Assembly (NCBI GenBank): GCA_013239625.1
Contig: MU054323.1
Coordinates: 6,313,220 to 6,377,219 of the forward strand
Source: Lama guanicoe
Taxonomy: Eukaryota
Direction: 5' to 3'
DNA: 64,000 nucleotides
In this document: in pieces, positions 12,290-26,759 of the stretch
How the letters are laid out: every line of letters begins with the position of its first letter
Numbering within the stretch: position 1 is the first letter of the stretch
Position numbers and translations under genes: made by a program
The notes under the pieces: generated by a model
What the model saw: only the letters and a program-made list of their open reading frames with translations
Told to the model about the DNA's origin: nothing
The model's database searches: none

Positions 12290-13090
12290 TTAAAATAACA
12301 GCTTTATTGAGATATAATCAGCCTGCTATAAAATTTATCCCTTTAAAGTATACAATCCATTATTTTTTAGTATATTCACAGTATGCGACCATCAGCACTA
12401 TGAATTCCAGAACATTTTCATCACCCTAAAGAGAAATCTTATACTTGTAATCACTTTCCATTCCCCCTTCTCACAGCCCTACACAACAACAATCTATTTT
12501 CTATCTCTATGAATTTACTTATTTTGGACATTGCATGTAAATGGAATCGTTTTGTGTCTTGACTTCTTTCTCATTACTCAGTGTAATGTTTTCACAGTTC
12601 ATCCATATTACAGCTTTTAAGTTTTTTTCATTCCTTGTTATTGCCAGATGTGGCATTGTATGGATATACCACATTCATCAGTGGAGAGATGTATGAGTCA
12701 TTTCCACATCTTGGCTATTACGAATAATGTTGCTATGAACATTCTTACACAAGTTTTTGTGTGGACATATGTTTTCAATTTTCTCATGTCTAGGGGCTTA
12801 ATTGTTGTTAACTCTGTTATGAAGAACTACCAATCTATATTCCAAAGTGACTGCACCATTTTATACTCCTACTAATGATGTGAGCATTCCAGTTTCTCCA
12901 TATCCTTACCAACACTTATTAGTGTCTTTTTTTTTTTAATTATAACCATTCTAGTAAATAGGAAGTGGTATCTCATTGTGGTTTTGATTTGCATTTCTCT
13001 AATGACCGGTAATGTTGAGCATTTTTTCGTGTTCTTATTGGTCACGTGTATATCTTCTTTGAAGAAATGTCTATTCAGATCCTTCTATTC
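12290..13090 (-). mobile_element. Antisense L1 3' fragment (L1MB/MC-like)
   Basis: CAGCTTTATTGAGATATAAT start, CAGAACATTTTCATCACC, GTGGTTTTGATTTGCATTTCTCTAATGAC. Confidence 0.85.
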
Positions 13091-14580
13091 AGCTTACTTC
13101 TTTAGGCTATTCATCCATGTTGTTGCATATAGCTATAGTTGGCCTGAATCCTGGAAGCAATATAAGAAAGATGGATAAATTTGATTATGTAAATATTAAA
13201 AACTTATAAGCCAAAAGACACTATGTACAGGCAAAAGACAAATACCAAACTAGGAATACTTGTTGCACATATAGCCTATAAATGGAATATATACACAGTT
13301 CTTACAAATCAGTAAGAAAGAGAAGGAAAGAATATTTGATGTGTTTTTGCCAGTTGATCTACTTTATAACAAAATAATAGTGTGCATGTGGTAAAAATAA
13401 ATGGCATGTATCCATATACTAACTTGAGATTTCTATAGTATATTGCTTTAAAAGAAAAAGAAGAAAAAGCAGTTTCCAAAATACAGAATAGTGTGTGTAG
13501 AATGATACCATCATTGGGAAAAATAGAATAATTATGTCGAATTTTACTATATATACAGAGAAAATATAGGAGACACAACCGAAAGTTTTTATTAGCATGA
13601 GAATGAAATTATAAGGACTGTCACTTTTTTTTTTTTTGGACTGTCACTTTCTGAATTGACAATGTGTTTACATTTTTTGTGTCTTTTTTTAGAAGCATGT
13701 ATTACTTACTCTTAAATAAAAATTTTGGAGGATGACATATACAGAAAAGTTCACAAATCATAAGAATATACTAAATTAATTGGTATCATTTCTGTTACCA
13801 GGAAGAAAGTCAATTATTTTATGAAAGTTTGTTAAAATTTATAATTGTTAAAAAATTTCCCCATGGAAGTTCATTACTTATCTATCAAGTGTAACATTAT
13901 AAACTTTCAACTGCTCCTTAGAAAAGACCCTACATTTAAAAGATTATAAGATTCAAAAGGTATCTGTCTAAGTCCTGCTCTGTACCAGACACTGTACTCA
14001 ATATTTGAATATGTTTATGAGTAAAACATACATGGTCCCTGCTTATCTAAAGTTTATGTTGTTCAGAAGAGAGGCATCTGTGGTATAGTAGACAAAGCCT
14101 CAGACTGAGTGACAGTCCCAACTATGTCACTTTCTCTATCTCTGTTAGGTGGATGAAATGTGAAAACATTTTTAAAATTCTATCATGTTTTGTTTTTTTG
14201 TTTTGTCATTTCTGGATTAAATTATATTTTCGCTTTAAAAATGAAATAAGAGCTTGATTTTTCTAGCAAATTTTTAGTCCTATTTAGACATCTATAGAAA
14301 TGATCAAATTGTTTAAGTTTAGCAGTGTGTAGTCATCAAATATTTCATTATGTTAGTGTTCTAGGTACCATTGAATAACTTAAGTTGTTTGTGAATTTGT
14401 AGTCTTAAAAATTACTCTGTATTGTTCTTCTAATTATTCATGTTATCTAATTATATTATTTTAAATACATTTAGTTTTTATATGCCTCTTAACGTCTATA
14501 TATTTCTACATACAGAATGTTTTTCAGAGAAAGAAAAAACATATTAGGATCTTTATCACTTTGTTTCTTTACTTTCCAAG

Positions 14581-14718
14581 GGAATTACCTTTAGAATTAC
14601 AGGGAGTCTTTGATAAAGAGGAGGTGGATGTTGAAGTTGAAGATAAGAAAAATGAAGTATGTATGTCAACGAAGCCTGTGTTCCAGCCCTTCTCAGGACA
14701 GGGTCACAGACTGGGAAG
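14581..14718 (+). CDS. UBXN2A: UBXN2A coding exon 4 (ELPLELQ...FQPFSGQGHRLG), SEP end and SHP box
   Basis: tttccaag acceptor, AG|GTGAGT donor, 138 nt; FSGQGHRLG is the p97-binding SHP motif. Confidence 0.97.
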
Positions 14719-15792
14719 GTGAGTAGTCTCTTGCGCTGTGCTTGCCATAAGCAGAGTTTTGACAGATATTCAGCCTGTCATTATTTTTACCACGTAGACC
14801 ACATATATAGAGTTTATCATTTCTCTTCACTGGAAATGAGATTTTTCATGTTAACTTTTATGAGAACTTCTAAGTCATATTCACCTTGTTATATTAACAT
14901 ATATTGGCACTACACTAAAAAATCATGAAGCCTTTTTTTGTTTTATCGTATCAGAAGGGCCTGGCTTATTGAAGACATTCAGCAAATTTGGGTGGATAAA
15001 TCATTTTTTCTTCCTTGTATCCACCACTTGATCATTGCCATTAATGTTATAGAGTAGCTTTTGAATGTGGAGTTCTATATTATAGTTACCAATGCCTTCA
15101 ACATTGTGTTCTTGACCAGTATCTGAATTTTGAGGTAATAAGAATGAAAAAATACCTGATAAAGTTAGTATCAAAGCTTTTTTATTTTCAGACTTTGCAG
15201 TCTTCGTCTTACCTAATTATGCCTATGACAGAAAATGCAAAGAGGTTAGGTATAAGACTGCTTTTTAAAAATGAATTTCCGTATATTAATTATCAAGATT
15301 GGTAAAATATATGTATACGTATTCATCTACCCATATAAAAATACCCAAATGTGACTGCCAGAATGATGAAGAAATACTTCGTTTCCTTTCTTTTCCTTTA
15401 TAACCCAAACACTGTTCTCTACAGAGAACTTAAAATTTTTTAGAAATTTTAACCTGAGGAGTAGGTAAAGGTAAAGTTTATAGATCTGTCAACACTGTAA
15501 AATTCTCTTTTCTGTAAGGCACTCTTCAAATACTGCTAACAGTGTATTTACGTAACGCTCCACAAGCTTACAAATTACTTGGATGTGCGTATTTCATTAG
15601 ATTCCTATAATCATCGTGTATGGTCGGTATAACTGATATTAATATCTTAATGTGTTATTGAGGGAACAGCTGTGACTGGCTGAAACCTTCCTAAAACTAT
15701 ACTTAGTGTAAAGGTTTTTTAGTAATTATTTAATGGTGAAGTTCTGCTTAATGAAAAACATATATCTGTCTTTGTTGTCTGGATTTTCTTAG

Positions 15793-15951
15793 TGCCACAC
15801 CAAAAATTGTTTCTAAAGCAAAGAGTATTGAAGTAGAGAATAAAAATAAGTTGTCGACTGTTCCACTAAACAATCTGGAACCCATCACTAATATACAGAT
15901 CTGGTTAGCCAATGGGAAAAGGATTGTCCAGAAATTTAACATTTCTCATAG
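15793..15951 (+). CDS. UBXN2A: UBXN2A coding exon 5 (SATPKIV...TNIQIWLANGKRIVQKFNISHR), UBX domain start
   Basis: ttcttag acceptor, AG|GTGAGT donor, 159 nt, phase-compatible. Confidence 0.97.
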
Positions 15952-16713
15952 GTGAGTCTTCTGTTTCATTTCACTATTTGTCTGATTTTTCCCCTAAATT
16001 TTCATTTTACTTCTTCATTTCAGATCAGTCAGCAGTTGTTTTTAAGAACTAACCAAGACTCTTAATAAACAGTTCTCTAAACATAATATATCATGACAAT
16101 GAAAATCTTGGACATTAATGAAGTATTTTCAGTCTGTTTTATGGATTATCATTCTTTTCATTTCATTAGTTTTCCTGCTTAACTAGATACATAATTTCAA
16201 AAGAATTATTTTCAATATGTCTTTAAGTTGATTGTTGGCATTATGTGCATATTTTTGTTAATTGTAGTATAAAATGAACATACCGAAAAGTACTGAAACT
16301 GAAGTCAATTTAAATTCCATCACCCACAGATAATCACTATTACTAGTTTGATGGACTTTTCTACTGTTTTATCTCTTAAAATATTTTTCATTTTAAGAGT
16401 AGGAACATACTGTATATAGGTTTCCCTCTATTTAAAAGCATCAAAAATTGGGGGATGTTATACAGATAAATAGAACATATGTTATACATACATATGCTTA
16501 GTTAAAATAATAATAATAAAATAAACATATATGTACCACCTAGCTCTAACATATACCAATGTATCTTGTATTCCTTTGCCTGAACATCTCTTTCCTTTTG
16601 TGCAAGAGATTGTAATTTTGTGTTAATCATTTTCTGCTTTTGTTCATAGTTTTACCAAGTACATGTGTATCTCTAAAAAATACTGAGTTGTTTTGCTCAT
16701 TTTCAAATAATTT

Positions 16714-16842
16714 ATTTTTGGGGGGAGAGGGGAAAGTAATTAGGTTTATTTATTTATTTTTTTAGAGGGGTTGCTGGGGATTGAACCCAGGACCTTGTGC
16801 ATGCTAAGCATGCACTCTACCACTTGAGCTATATCTTCCCCC
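16714..16842 (-). mobile_element. Vic-1-like SINE, full length
   Basis: A/B boxes and tail; TSD TCAAATAATTT at 16703-16713 and 16843-16853. Confidence 0.88.
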
Positions 16843-19800
16843 TCAAATAATTTTTTTAAAACAATCATACAGAAAAGTTTTAAGAACAGTATAAAGAACT
16901 TTTTCCCCTAATGATTCAAGAGTAAGTTGACAGTGTGTCACACCAAAAAAAGTCATTTTCTGTTACACAACATGTTCTGAGGCTATTCTGCCATAGTCTA
17001 AGGTGTCTTAGCTCTTCCTTAGTGATATCATTAAGAATATCAAAAAGCGTATAACCCTTTTCAAGAATCCGAAGCAAAGATCAGATACATTAAGAGCTAG
17101 GCAGCTTTGTCATAACAGCATGGGAAAGGTTTTGTGGTTATAAGTTTACCTTTTCAGTTGTGTTTGTATATATATCCTCCTTGTAGTTGCAACAAGTTGA
17201 CAAGCTCTTTATCTCTTCTCTGTCCTGAGACCCAGGAGGGGGCACTGAGTTCTCTGTGATACCTGTAATGACTAAATGTAATGTAAAAATTTGTTTTGCA
17301 TATTGATGTATAAAAGTAAAACTCTTCAAGTAACAAGTTGGATGAAATAAGCTATTCCAGAATATTAAAAACAAAAACAAAAAAACAGTAAATTGCCAAT
17401 CTGATGACCCATAACCTGAAATATTTTAGTTTGTATTTTCTACAAATAAGGACATTGTCCCATGTGACCACAATTGAGCCATGGTTAGATGGGGATTTAA
17501 CATTGATTCACTTTTGTCAGCTGTTATTTGGATGCTGGTCAATGTTTGACGTTTAATATCATCCTTTGTACCAAAGACCATTCAGAAACATGCATTGCAT
17601 TTACTTGTCATGTCTCAGTTTGAAATAATAATTCCTCACTCTTTCCTTGAGTTTTATGACCTTGACATTTTTTTAAATTACAGATCAATTTTTTATTTGA
17701 TGGTTTCTCATAATTTTATTTAGGTCACTGATTTTAGCAGGACTATCACAGAATTGATGCCTTTATCTAGTCATAACCATGACTCATGAATAACTATCTT
17801 ATTGAGTGAGTTGTAATTATAATCTCTTACCAGAGGTATTTATTTTAATGCCCAAATTGTACAGGATACAGTTAGTTGGACCTCCTTTAAACTTTTTACA
17901 GGTTCCCATCATTCTTTGAGTGTTTTCTTATTTACTGGCACAAAATTTTCAATTGTACCTTTTCTAAGAAACCCTGGTGCTTTTTAGTAGACAGTGGTAT
18001 TGAGAAGCCGGGATCTGGTTACTAGGTATACTTATTGCCACCACTCCCAGGCCCTCCGAGTGGGAAGAGCTGCCAGTGTGTATGCATACACACACACGTA
18101 CAGACACATAAGTATATACATATAAAGAGAGAGAGAGAGACCCATCACACATACACATTTATATCTGTATTTCTATATCTTTGCATGTCGAAAGCCATGA
18201 ATTCACATAGATACCTCTATCCATCCACCACCACAAGGTTTGTTCTGGTTTTCCCACTTCCATATCTGTAACTAACTTCTTCACAGTGAGATGCCTGACT
18301 AGTTATTCTTAATATATTGATTTGTTGATCAGTTTTGTTGTATGTAACCAGTCACTTCTTTCCACTGCTACCTTCTCCCTGACATGGAAGCCTTCGTCTT
18401 CCTGCTGGGCCTCTTGACATACCACTCCCATGAGCTGTTCACCCTGTCAGGCTCTGGCGGTCAGTGCTGCCTGTCCTCCCCCATTCTTGGCTGTTCTCTT
18501 TACTCTTCTGGTTGTGACACACTGGAGTTGGCCACTCCTCTGTATGAATGTTCTTTTTATTGTACTTGAGACAGCCTGCTGTGCACCACCTCTCCCCTCT
18601 CAATTTGGATATAGTCTTAACCCTACTTGGCGTCTTACAGTGGATGTATCAGTCAACATTGCTCAGTAAACAGTCACAAAAATCTCAGCATAGAATATTA
18701 AGTTTTTATTTCTCATGTGTCAGTGGTTGCGGCTTTGCTGATCTCAGTTGAGCTCATTGACTTATTTGCACGTCATCTAGGAGAGTTCTAATTCAAGCTG
18801 CTTGTCAGTGAGCCTAAGTCTGCTCCTTTGTGTCTCATCATTCTTGAATCAGCAAACTACCTGGTCCTGTAGTTCTCATAGCAAGGGCAGAGGCTCAAGA
18901 GGGCTAGTCCCACTAAGCAAGCATTTACGTGTATCACTCTCCTCACGTCCTGTTGGCCAGAGCAAGTTACATGGCCAGGTCCTTTTTATTCCACTATTTG
19001 TAGAAGCATATTCTTCCCTGACCCAGTTTCTATGACATCTTTTTGTAAATCAGATGATCTGTTCTGCACTCTCCATTCTGTTTGATGCATCTGTCTGTCT
19101 TTCCTTTTGTACTCCACATTGTCTTAATTATTGTTACTTTATAATATATTAAATTACTGCCTTTTACCCCCTGCTTATTTTATCAGTTACCTAAAGAATT
19201 GTGCTAGTCCCCAACCATGATTGTGGATTTGTCTAGTCCTCCTTTCTTTCTGTCACCATTTACTTTACATATGTTAAAGCTATATAATTAGGTCCAGACA
19301 TTGATCAATTTTTTTCTGATTGATTGGCCTCTGTAGCACTACTAATGTCTTTCTTAATCCCTGATAATTTGTGTTAAAATTTACTTTGCCTGTTAACTGA
19401 TATAGTCACACCAGCTTCCTTATAGTGCGCTTTCATGATATGGTATATCTTTCTCCTTCCTTTTAATTTCAGCTTAGTGGTGTATTTATCTGTATTTGTA
19501 TATTTAACAGTGTTTCTTGTAAATAGTTGAGTTTAGTTTTTATATGTAGGCTAACAGTCTTTTTTGGTTCCTGTTTTGTGTTTTTGTTTCCTTTTTAGTT
19601 AGCTACCATCTACTGAGGGCTGTCTAGGTGTTTAGCTCTCTTCAAGGCATTTCACTTAAAATATTTCTTAATGTCAGAATCACCCTAGACACCTAGAATC
19701 AGAGAGCTGATTATCATAATAGAAGAAGCATGTGTTTAAAGTGCTTCTGTGACCCAAATTTGTTTCTAATGGAAAGGAGGGCAGACTAAGGATGTGAAAA

Positions 19801-20424
19801 CGAGAATTATTCTGGTCCAAATTTGCTTCTTTTTACGGAAATAAAATATTTTAATCCCAACTTCTTTGCCTAGAAAAATACTTCTGGCATTTTCCATAAC
19901 AAATGGTCACCTAGATTTTTTTTCCCCTGAATGACTTGAAGCATTTTAAAAACTTTGTCTAGCCAACAGTACTTACTAAGTGACAATTAACCAAGCTTTA
20001 TTTTTTAATTAGAATATTTACTCCATTGACTAGTTGGGTTTAAGACTACCATCTTGCTCTTAGAATTTCTGTTTACCCCACATCTTTTTATTTTTCATTC
20101 CTCCTTTCTCGCCTCTTTTTGAGCTTAATAAGTATTTGTTTTTTTTTCTCTTTCAGCTTTTCAGAGTGGCATTTCTTTGTCCTCTTAACAGTATTGTAGA
20201 GACCACAGTCATATTTTAAGTTTTTACCGCATAGTTCCTTTAATCTTTGTTGTTTTCTTACCTTTTATAATTTTTGCCGTAAGCTTTAGCCTTTAGTTAC
20301 CCAATTTTTGGTACCCAAATAAATATAAGTGACCATTTTCTTGACTTTTCTGGTAATCTGCACAAGTTAATAGAGTGGCAATTAGTTAATTGACTGAACG
20401 TGAGAATTCTGTCTTTAGTGATGT

Positions 20425-20950
20425 CATATTTCATTAATTCTTGTTTGCACATATTTTCACATCTTAGCATCTCTGAAATGAGAATACATCCTATATTCTA
20501 TTGTTGGCCATATGACAGTCATGATACATTTGTCTTTGCCTTGGCATCTGCCTCAAAGCATGCAGATCAAGTGTCAGCTCAATGAAAGATCACCCCAGAG
20601 ACAGTAATGGGGCATTTTTTTAGGAAATTTTATATGAGCACACCTGATGATACAGAGGGGTATAGTATGTGGAAAAACACATACATTAATGACTGAATCA
20701 GAAGTGACTCGAAGGATCTGAATCTGAGTAATGTTCAAATGCTAGGGATGACAACCTTTTTATTCTAGTTTTATGACGGAAGTACTTGAGCGATTTGATG
20801 AATGTTTATGTGACAATAAGTTAAAAGTGCTCTTTCAATAAATATAAAAATTCTAAGTGTTAAGAAAGTATTTTGTCATAAACTGGATTTTTTTTTTTAG
20901 TAATATATAGAATGATCTTAAAATCAATGGCATCTTAGTTTTGATGAACT
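20425..20950. mobile_element. Tc2-family (Kanga1/MER104-like) DNA transposon fossil
   Basis: TATTTCATTAATTCT..TGCACAT..CATCTCTGAAAT at the left and ATGGCATCTTAG..TTGATGAA at the right are imperfect inverted ends. Confidence 0.5.
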
Positions 20951-21576
20951 GAATACATGGTCTCTCTAAATACACATGCATATACTTACATGAACATAAC
21001 TTTGGGCTGACTTCAAGATTACAGTGATCATATTACATTATAGTGTTCATTTTACTAACTGAAGATATATTTGCACTGAGTTAAGAGTTTTCTTAATTAC
21101 CTTGAAGCATAACATGACCTGATATTTAAGAGATACGATCTATGTCTTTGTAGTATTACTGGTTGGACCCCTTCTGATCCATTCAGAGCTGGATATGTAG
21201 ACTTTCTATTACAGAAACTTTTAGGCATATGCAAAAGCAAAGACAAGGGATAATAATCCATCACTCAGTTCCCATTGAACTATGTGGAAGCAAATACAGA
21301 CTTCATATACTTTAATATGTAAATATTTCAGTTTGTGTTTCTAAAGATAAGTACTCAGATTATAATAATAACCCTGTCACATACAAGATAATTAATAATA
21401 ATTCCTTACTATTATCAGGGATCAGCCTTTAAAAGATAGCTCAAATGAGTAATTCTTTCATCATAATTGGATTATTCTATACACTAACATAGCCGGATAT
21501 CATCACAAGTTTTTACCTTAAATTAGCTTATTCAAGTTTTCACAAAATTATATTAATAGTTTGTGCTATTTTACAG

Positions 21577-21769
21577 GATAAGCCACATCAAAGACTTCAT
21601 CGAAAAATACCAAGGATCTCAAAGAAGTCCTCCCTTTTCCCTGGCAACAGCTCTTCCTTTCCTCAAATTGCTAGATGAAACACTCACACTGGAAGAAGCA
21701 GATTTGCAGAATGCTGTAATCATTCAGAGACTCAAGAAAACTGCTGAACCTTTTAAAGAACTTTCATAA
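21577..21769 (+). CDS. UBXN2A: UBXN2A last coding exon (ISHIKDFIEKYQG...PFKELS*)
   Basis: tttacag acceptor, TAA at 21767-21769; the six exons sum to 777 nt (258 aa). Confidence 0.97.
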
Positions 21770-22360
21770 CATTGGTTTTAGATACACTAAGTGGAAAGTT
21801 TCCAGAGAAATGATTGTAAGTGGACATGCAAATCAAAGTGGGGGAAAGCCAGATTTGTTGGGTTTGGCACTATTCAGCTCCCTCCTGGTGAGATTTTTAA
21901 ATAAGTACAAGATAGCAGCTTAAACTATGACTGGAAAGTGTATTCTGTGAACTTTTCCGGAAGGCTACCCAGAAAAATATACTTATTTTCAAATACCAAT
22001 TATTCAACGTAACAATATATTAAATAACTGTATCATTTAAAATCTTAATAGGGTATACATTAGCAAATAGGTTCACCACATCTTTCATTCGAACCTTATT
22101 CCCAAGCAGCAGTGACTTATTTAAATATTAACTGTCTCAGATTTTTTAAAATAGCAATACATTAAAAAAAATTGTACATGGCAGGTCAAAAACATCAGTA
22201 TAATTTTTTTATATCTGATATGCAATCAAAAGGCTGGAAGGAACTGCTTTCACCACAGCTATGCGTAAACCTTCAAAGTATTCCCAATTTGCATTCTGTA
22301 ATGTTAAGATACACTCAGATATTAATTTGGCAACAGTATCTGGGATGTATTTTCATTAAG

Positions 22361-22366
22361 AATAAA
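22361..22366 (+). promoter_or_regulatory. Candidate proximal poly(A) signal of UBXN2A
   Basis: AATAAA about 600 nt after the stop. A distal candidate ATTAAA at 24844-24849 is followed by a GT-rich tract. Usage cannot be determined from sequence. Confidence 0.35.
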
Positions 22367-22925
22367 TTTGTGTACCTTAGTATAATGTCAGTATCAATCT
22401 GCCTACCCACATTTCAGCATTTTTGAAACGTATAAACTTTTAAAAATTATTTTTTCTCTAGAAACCCCAGTTCATCCCCTATTTTATTTTCTTTCAGAAA
22501 TTAGGGATTTGTTCTTAGCTGACATTTGGAGTGGGCCAGTTGTTTGCCATCACTCACTGAGAATCTAATGCTTGTGTTGTCATATTATTAATGAATATTT
22601 TTTGAATGCGTCATGTAAAGTATGGTTTTCTATTCCGTATATCAGTCAGCATGTTTATTTATTAATATAAAGGATTATTTGTCACATTACGTCACCCAGG
22701 AAAACATACTTCATACCTTAGATTTTAAACTAAAAATGGTTATACTTCAGCATTTCACTGTCAGATTAAATCCCCTTGCCTGAAAATAAGTTTAAGAAGG
22801 TTTTTTTTGCAGATGATCTATTGAATCATAGTTAAAATGAAATATACATTGAGTGTGCTAAGGAACTAAGTGGTCATGACTGTTAGCAGTAATGTTCATG
22901 GGTGCTGGACGTCTGCTGGAAGGAG

Positions 22926-23490
22926 CAGTTCTCAGTCTTTTTGATCTCAAGACCTTCTGCTTATATGGGTTTATATATATTAATATTTAAAATAAAAGTT
23001 ATAAAATATTTATTCATTAAAATAATAAATGTATAGCATTTTATGAAAAATATTTTCTAAAATGTGAAAAGATTGAGAAATGTGGCATTGTATTCCAATT
23101 TTGCAGATATCTTTACTCTCTGACTTAAAGACAGATGGAATCTCATCTGCTTCTACATTCAATCTGTTGCGATATCACACATCATGTAGCCGCTAGTAAA
23201 TGCTACTGTACCTTCAAGAGAAAGTGAAAGAAAGCAAATAACATCTTAGTATGATTATGAAAATAGTTTGGACCTTGCAGACCTCTTGTAAGAACGAGTC
23301 TTATAAAGCAGTGATTCTCAGCCTTAATGAGTAAGAATCACTTGGGAAGCTTTTCAGAATGCCTGTTCCTGCCACCTACCACACATTCTAATGATTCATT
23401 GTATCTGGGATGGGTTCCAGATCTCTACATCTTTAATCTCAAGTGATTCTTAGGTATATAGTAGACAAACCAGTCTTTAGGAAATCCTGC
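22926..23490. mobile_element. MER119-like plus MER5-like hAT-Charlie fossils downstream of the UBXN2A stop
   Basis: CATTCAATCTGTTGCGATATCACACATCATGTAGCC and TTATGAAAATAGTTTGGACCT; then GCAGTGATTCTCA..GAATCACTTGGGAAGCTT. Confidence 0.55.
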
Positions 23491-25480
23491 ATTAAGCTTC
23501 CACCCTAACAAAATAAAACCTATATGCTTCACCATGGACAGTGCAAGACTCCTCTGCTATGGAACTGTTAGACTTTTAAATTTATCTTAATCCCACACAG
23601 TTTGTTCTTAGACTGTTCCCCCTCCCTGCTTTAACTCTGAACTAATCATGACATAAACCTGTGCTTTATCTCCTATAAACACAGCTGAGACAAGGCTGCA
23701 ACATTTAAATGAGTTTGTTTTTTTTTTTTTAATTAATGGCTCAGGGATAACAGAAAGGAAATACACACATAACCAGGATGACCTGGTTTATAAGATATGT
23801 CTTCTATTTGAGGTCCATTTTAAGAATGCTTCCTTTTCTAGCTGTCAGCCTTCCACATGGTAGAAGTCTGTCTTTTTATCAGGAAGAAAGGAAAGACAAA
23901 GGAGAGCCTTTTCCTTTTGTCATTTTCCCTCAGAAATGAACAGATACTTAAAGCCATGGTTGAGCTCTCTCTCTAGTTAAAGAAAAATAATGGCATTCTT
24001 ACAAAAATGAAGGGTTAGTAAAATCAGATATAACAAGATGATTAATGTATTCTCAAGAATCTGTAAGAAATGTCTCATATAGGCCTATCATGAAGCATTT
24101 TATAATTTTTATTTGCATAATTATTAGTATGTGATTCTCCATATATATCTATAAAGGGGCTTCTCGTTGGAAATATTTTTCTTGTATGTATAGAAAAGCC
24201 TCCTTTGTGACTTTTCCAGCTTATAGTAGTTATTAACCAGAAGGCACATTAGAGGTTTTCTTGTATGTACCTGTAGAATACACCCCAGTGAGAAGTTTCT
24301 ATAGAGAAAGGCCTGTCATTAGCAATAACTCTCGTTTTTGTAACTGAAAACTTTAATGTGAATGATACTCTTAAAGGTTTTCTAAAGTGAGAGCCATCTG
24401 ATAAAGCTTTTTATGTGAAAGTTTAAAATTCTAAAGTTGTTAATTGTGTAGAATACTTAAAGTATATTGACTTTAGAAAACAAACTGAATTTAGCAAGTG
24501 AAGGCATACTTGAAAATAAGTGAGCATCTTAGATGTGGAATACAGTTTGACCTAGGGAGTTGTTTCAAAATTGGCATCAATCAGTTTCTTTAAAATTGTC
24601 ATTCGGACTGATATATAGAAGTACATATCTAATTTACAGATTCTAATTTATTGGTTAAATTACTATGCTTTATCCAGGTTATAAAAGTGATCTTATTTAT
24701 TTTATATACTTCTCTCATTGAGAATACGCTTCATTATATCTGTGTTGAAAATATTTATGCATCTATTTCAGTGCCTTAAAGCATTTTCAAAGCAATCTTG
24801 CTAATGGTTAAAGAACTGTTGTCTTAAGGATGAAATACTGTTTATTAAAAGGATCTGTGAAATTTCTACTTGTTTGTGTAAAGTAGTTACATATGGATGC
24901 ATTTGTCATTTTTATTTGGCACAGTCATTCAGTTTGAGAATCAACAGACATTTATTAGGTGCCTTCTGTTTTGCCAGATACTTTAACCATTGTTACTGGC
25001 TCTTTGTCGTTTGATTTAAATGTGTGGTTTTCGCACAGATAATTCATACTCATTGTAAAAAAATTATAAAATGTATTTATGCTAAAATTATCTTTAATTC
25101 ACCTATTATTCCACCATTCAGAGATAATCACTAGTAACATTTTGGTGTGCATCTCTTTAGATATTTTTAAGTGTATCAGTCTTTAGTTTTAAGAGGTAAG
25201 CTTCTTGGTTATTTATTGTAAGCCTGTTTTATTTATTGAAATCTAATTTATTTGTCTTTAAAAATTGCATTAGGAATATACCATCACTTTAAGTAGAATA
25301 GTAACTTTGTGGGGGGATGCACTTCTGTGCAAAAAGAGGGAAGGTTTTTTTCTGTCTGCTTCCTTTCAAAATTAAAATAATGGTAGTATGTGCAACAAAG
25401 TGTTACAAGTATTGTGAGTGAAGTGTTTCCCAAACCTGCTAAAATTGCATATAAAGTACTGTGTTTAAAAGATTATCTCT

Positions 25481-25610
25481 GGGGAGGTTATAGCTAAAGC
25501 AGTAGAGCACATGCTTAGCATGCACGAGACCTAGGTACAATCCCCAGTACCTCCTCTAAAAATAAATAAAAGCCTATTTACTTTCCCCAACCAAAAGAAA
25601 ATTTTTTTAA
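25481..25610 (+). mobile_element. Vic-1-like SINE
   Basis: GGGGAGGTTATAGCT...GCTTAGCATGCACGAG...AATCCCCAGTACCTCC and A-rich tail; flanking AGATTATC repeat. Confidence 0.83.
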
Positions 25611-26054
25611 GTAGATTATCCAAAGAAACTTCATTTTATGTTTATGTTTAGTTTCCAAGGAATAAAATATTTAACACCTACATTACCTAATTATCCTTCC
25701 AGCATTTGCTAGGGCTTCAATCGGGAAACTGAAGGTACCCACTTTCTAAATTAAGGAATGAGGCATAGAAAGTGGAAAGACAGGGTAGTTCATACTTCAG
25801 GATTAAATTTTGCTGTAATAGGAAATCCAAAATAATAATGGTTTACAGAATAAATTTTTATTTCCCATGCAAAAGTCCAGAGGGAAGCAGTTTAGGGTTG
25901 CTAGATCAACTTCATGAAACAATGTCTCCTGTATTGTTAATCAGCAGACCTCAGCACCAGTTGACTCGAGGTCTCCAGATAGCTTCGCTGGCACCAGTCA
26001 TATTTGCATTTCATCATTTCATCCAGTGGAAAGAATCACACCCATTCCCTCTTT

Positions 26055-26740
26055 AAAAAAGCTTTCTTGAGGTGTAATCCACATACCTTACAGTTCACCC
26101 ATTTGGAGTGTACATTAGGTATTTAGTGTATTCACAGGATTGTGCAATCATCACCCCAAGCTGATTTTAGAAAATTTTTCTCTCTTCAACGGAACTCCAT
26201 ACCCATTAGCAGTCTTTCTCCACTCTCAATTCTAGACAACCACAAGTCTACATTCTTCCTATAGAGTTGCCTGTTTGGACATTTCATACAATATGTGGGG
26301 GTTTTTTCACTTAAAATGTTTTTAAGGGTCATTCATGTCCTTTTTATTGTTGAATATTAGTCCATTGTGTGAATATTCCTAACTATTTATCCATCAGTTG
26401 ATGGACATTTGGGTTGTTTCCACTTTAGCTATTATAAATAGTGCTGCTATGAACATTTGTCTTAAAGTTGTATGATCATGTTTTCATTTCTCTTACATCC
26501 TTAGGAGTGGAATTGCTGAGTCATATAATTTCATAGTTTTGAAGAACTGACAGGTTTTCCTAAGCACCTGCAGTTTACTTGCCCACTAGCAATGTATGAT
26601 TTTCCACATCCATTTCCATTACCAATGCTTGTTATTGTCTATCTTTTTAATTATAGACTTCCAGGGGAGTGCTGTCTTGTAGTTTTGTATTTCCCTAATG
26701 ACAGGGTATCTTTTCAAGTTTTTATTGCCCATTTGTCGAT
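26055..26740 (-). mobile_element. Antisense L1 3' fragment abutting the MFSD2B promoter
   Basis: GTTGATGGACATTTGGGTTGTTTCCAC, GCTGCTATGAACATT, GGAGTGGAATTGCTG. Confidence 0.85.
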
Positions 26741-26759
26741 TTTGACTTTCTAGAGGATT

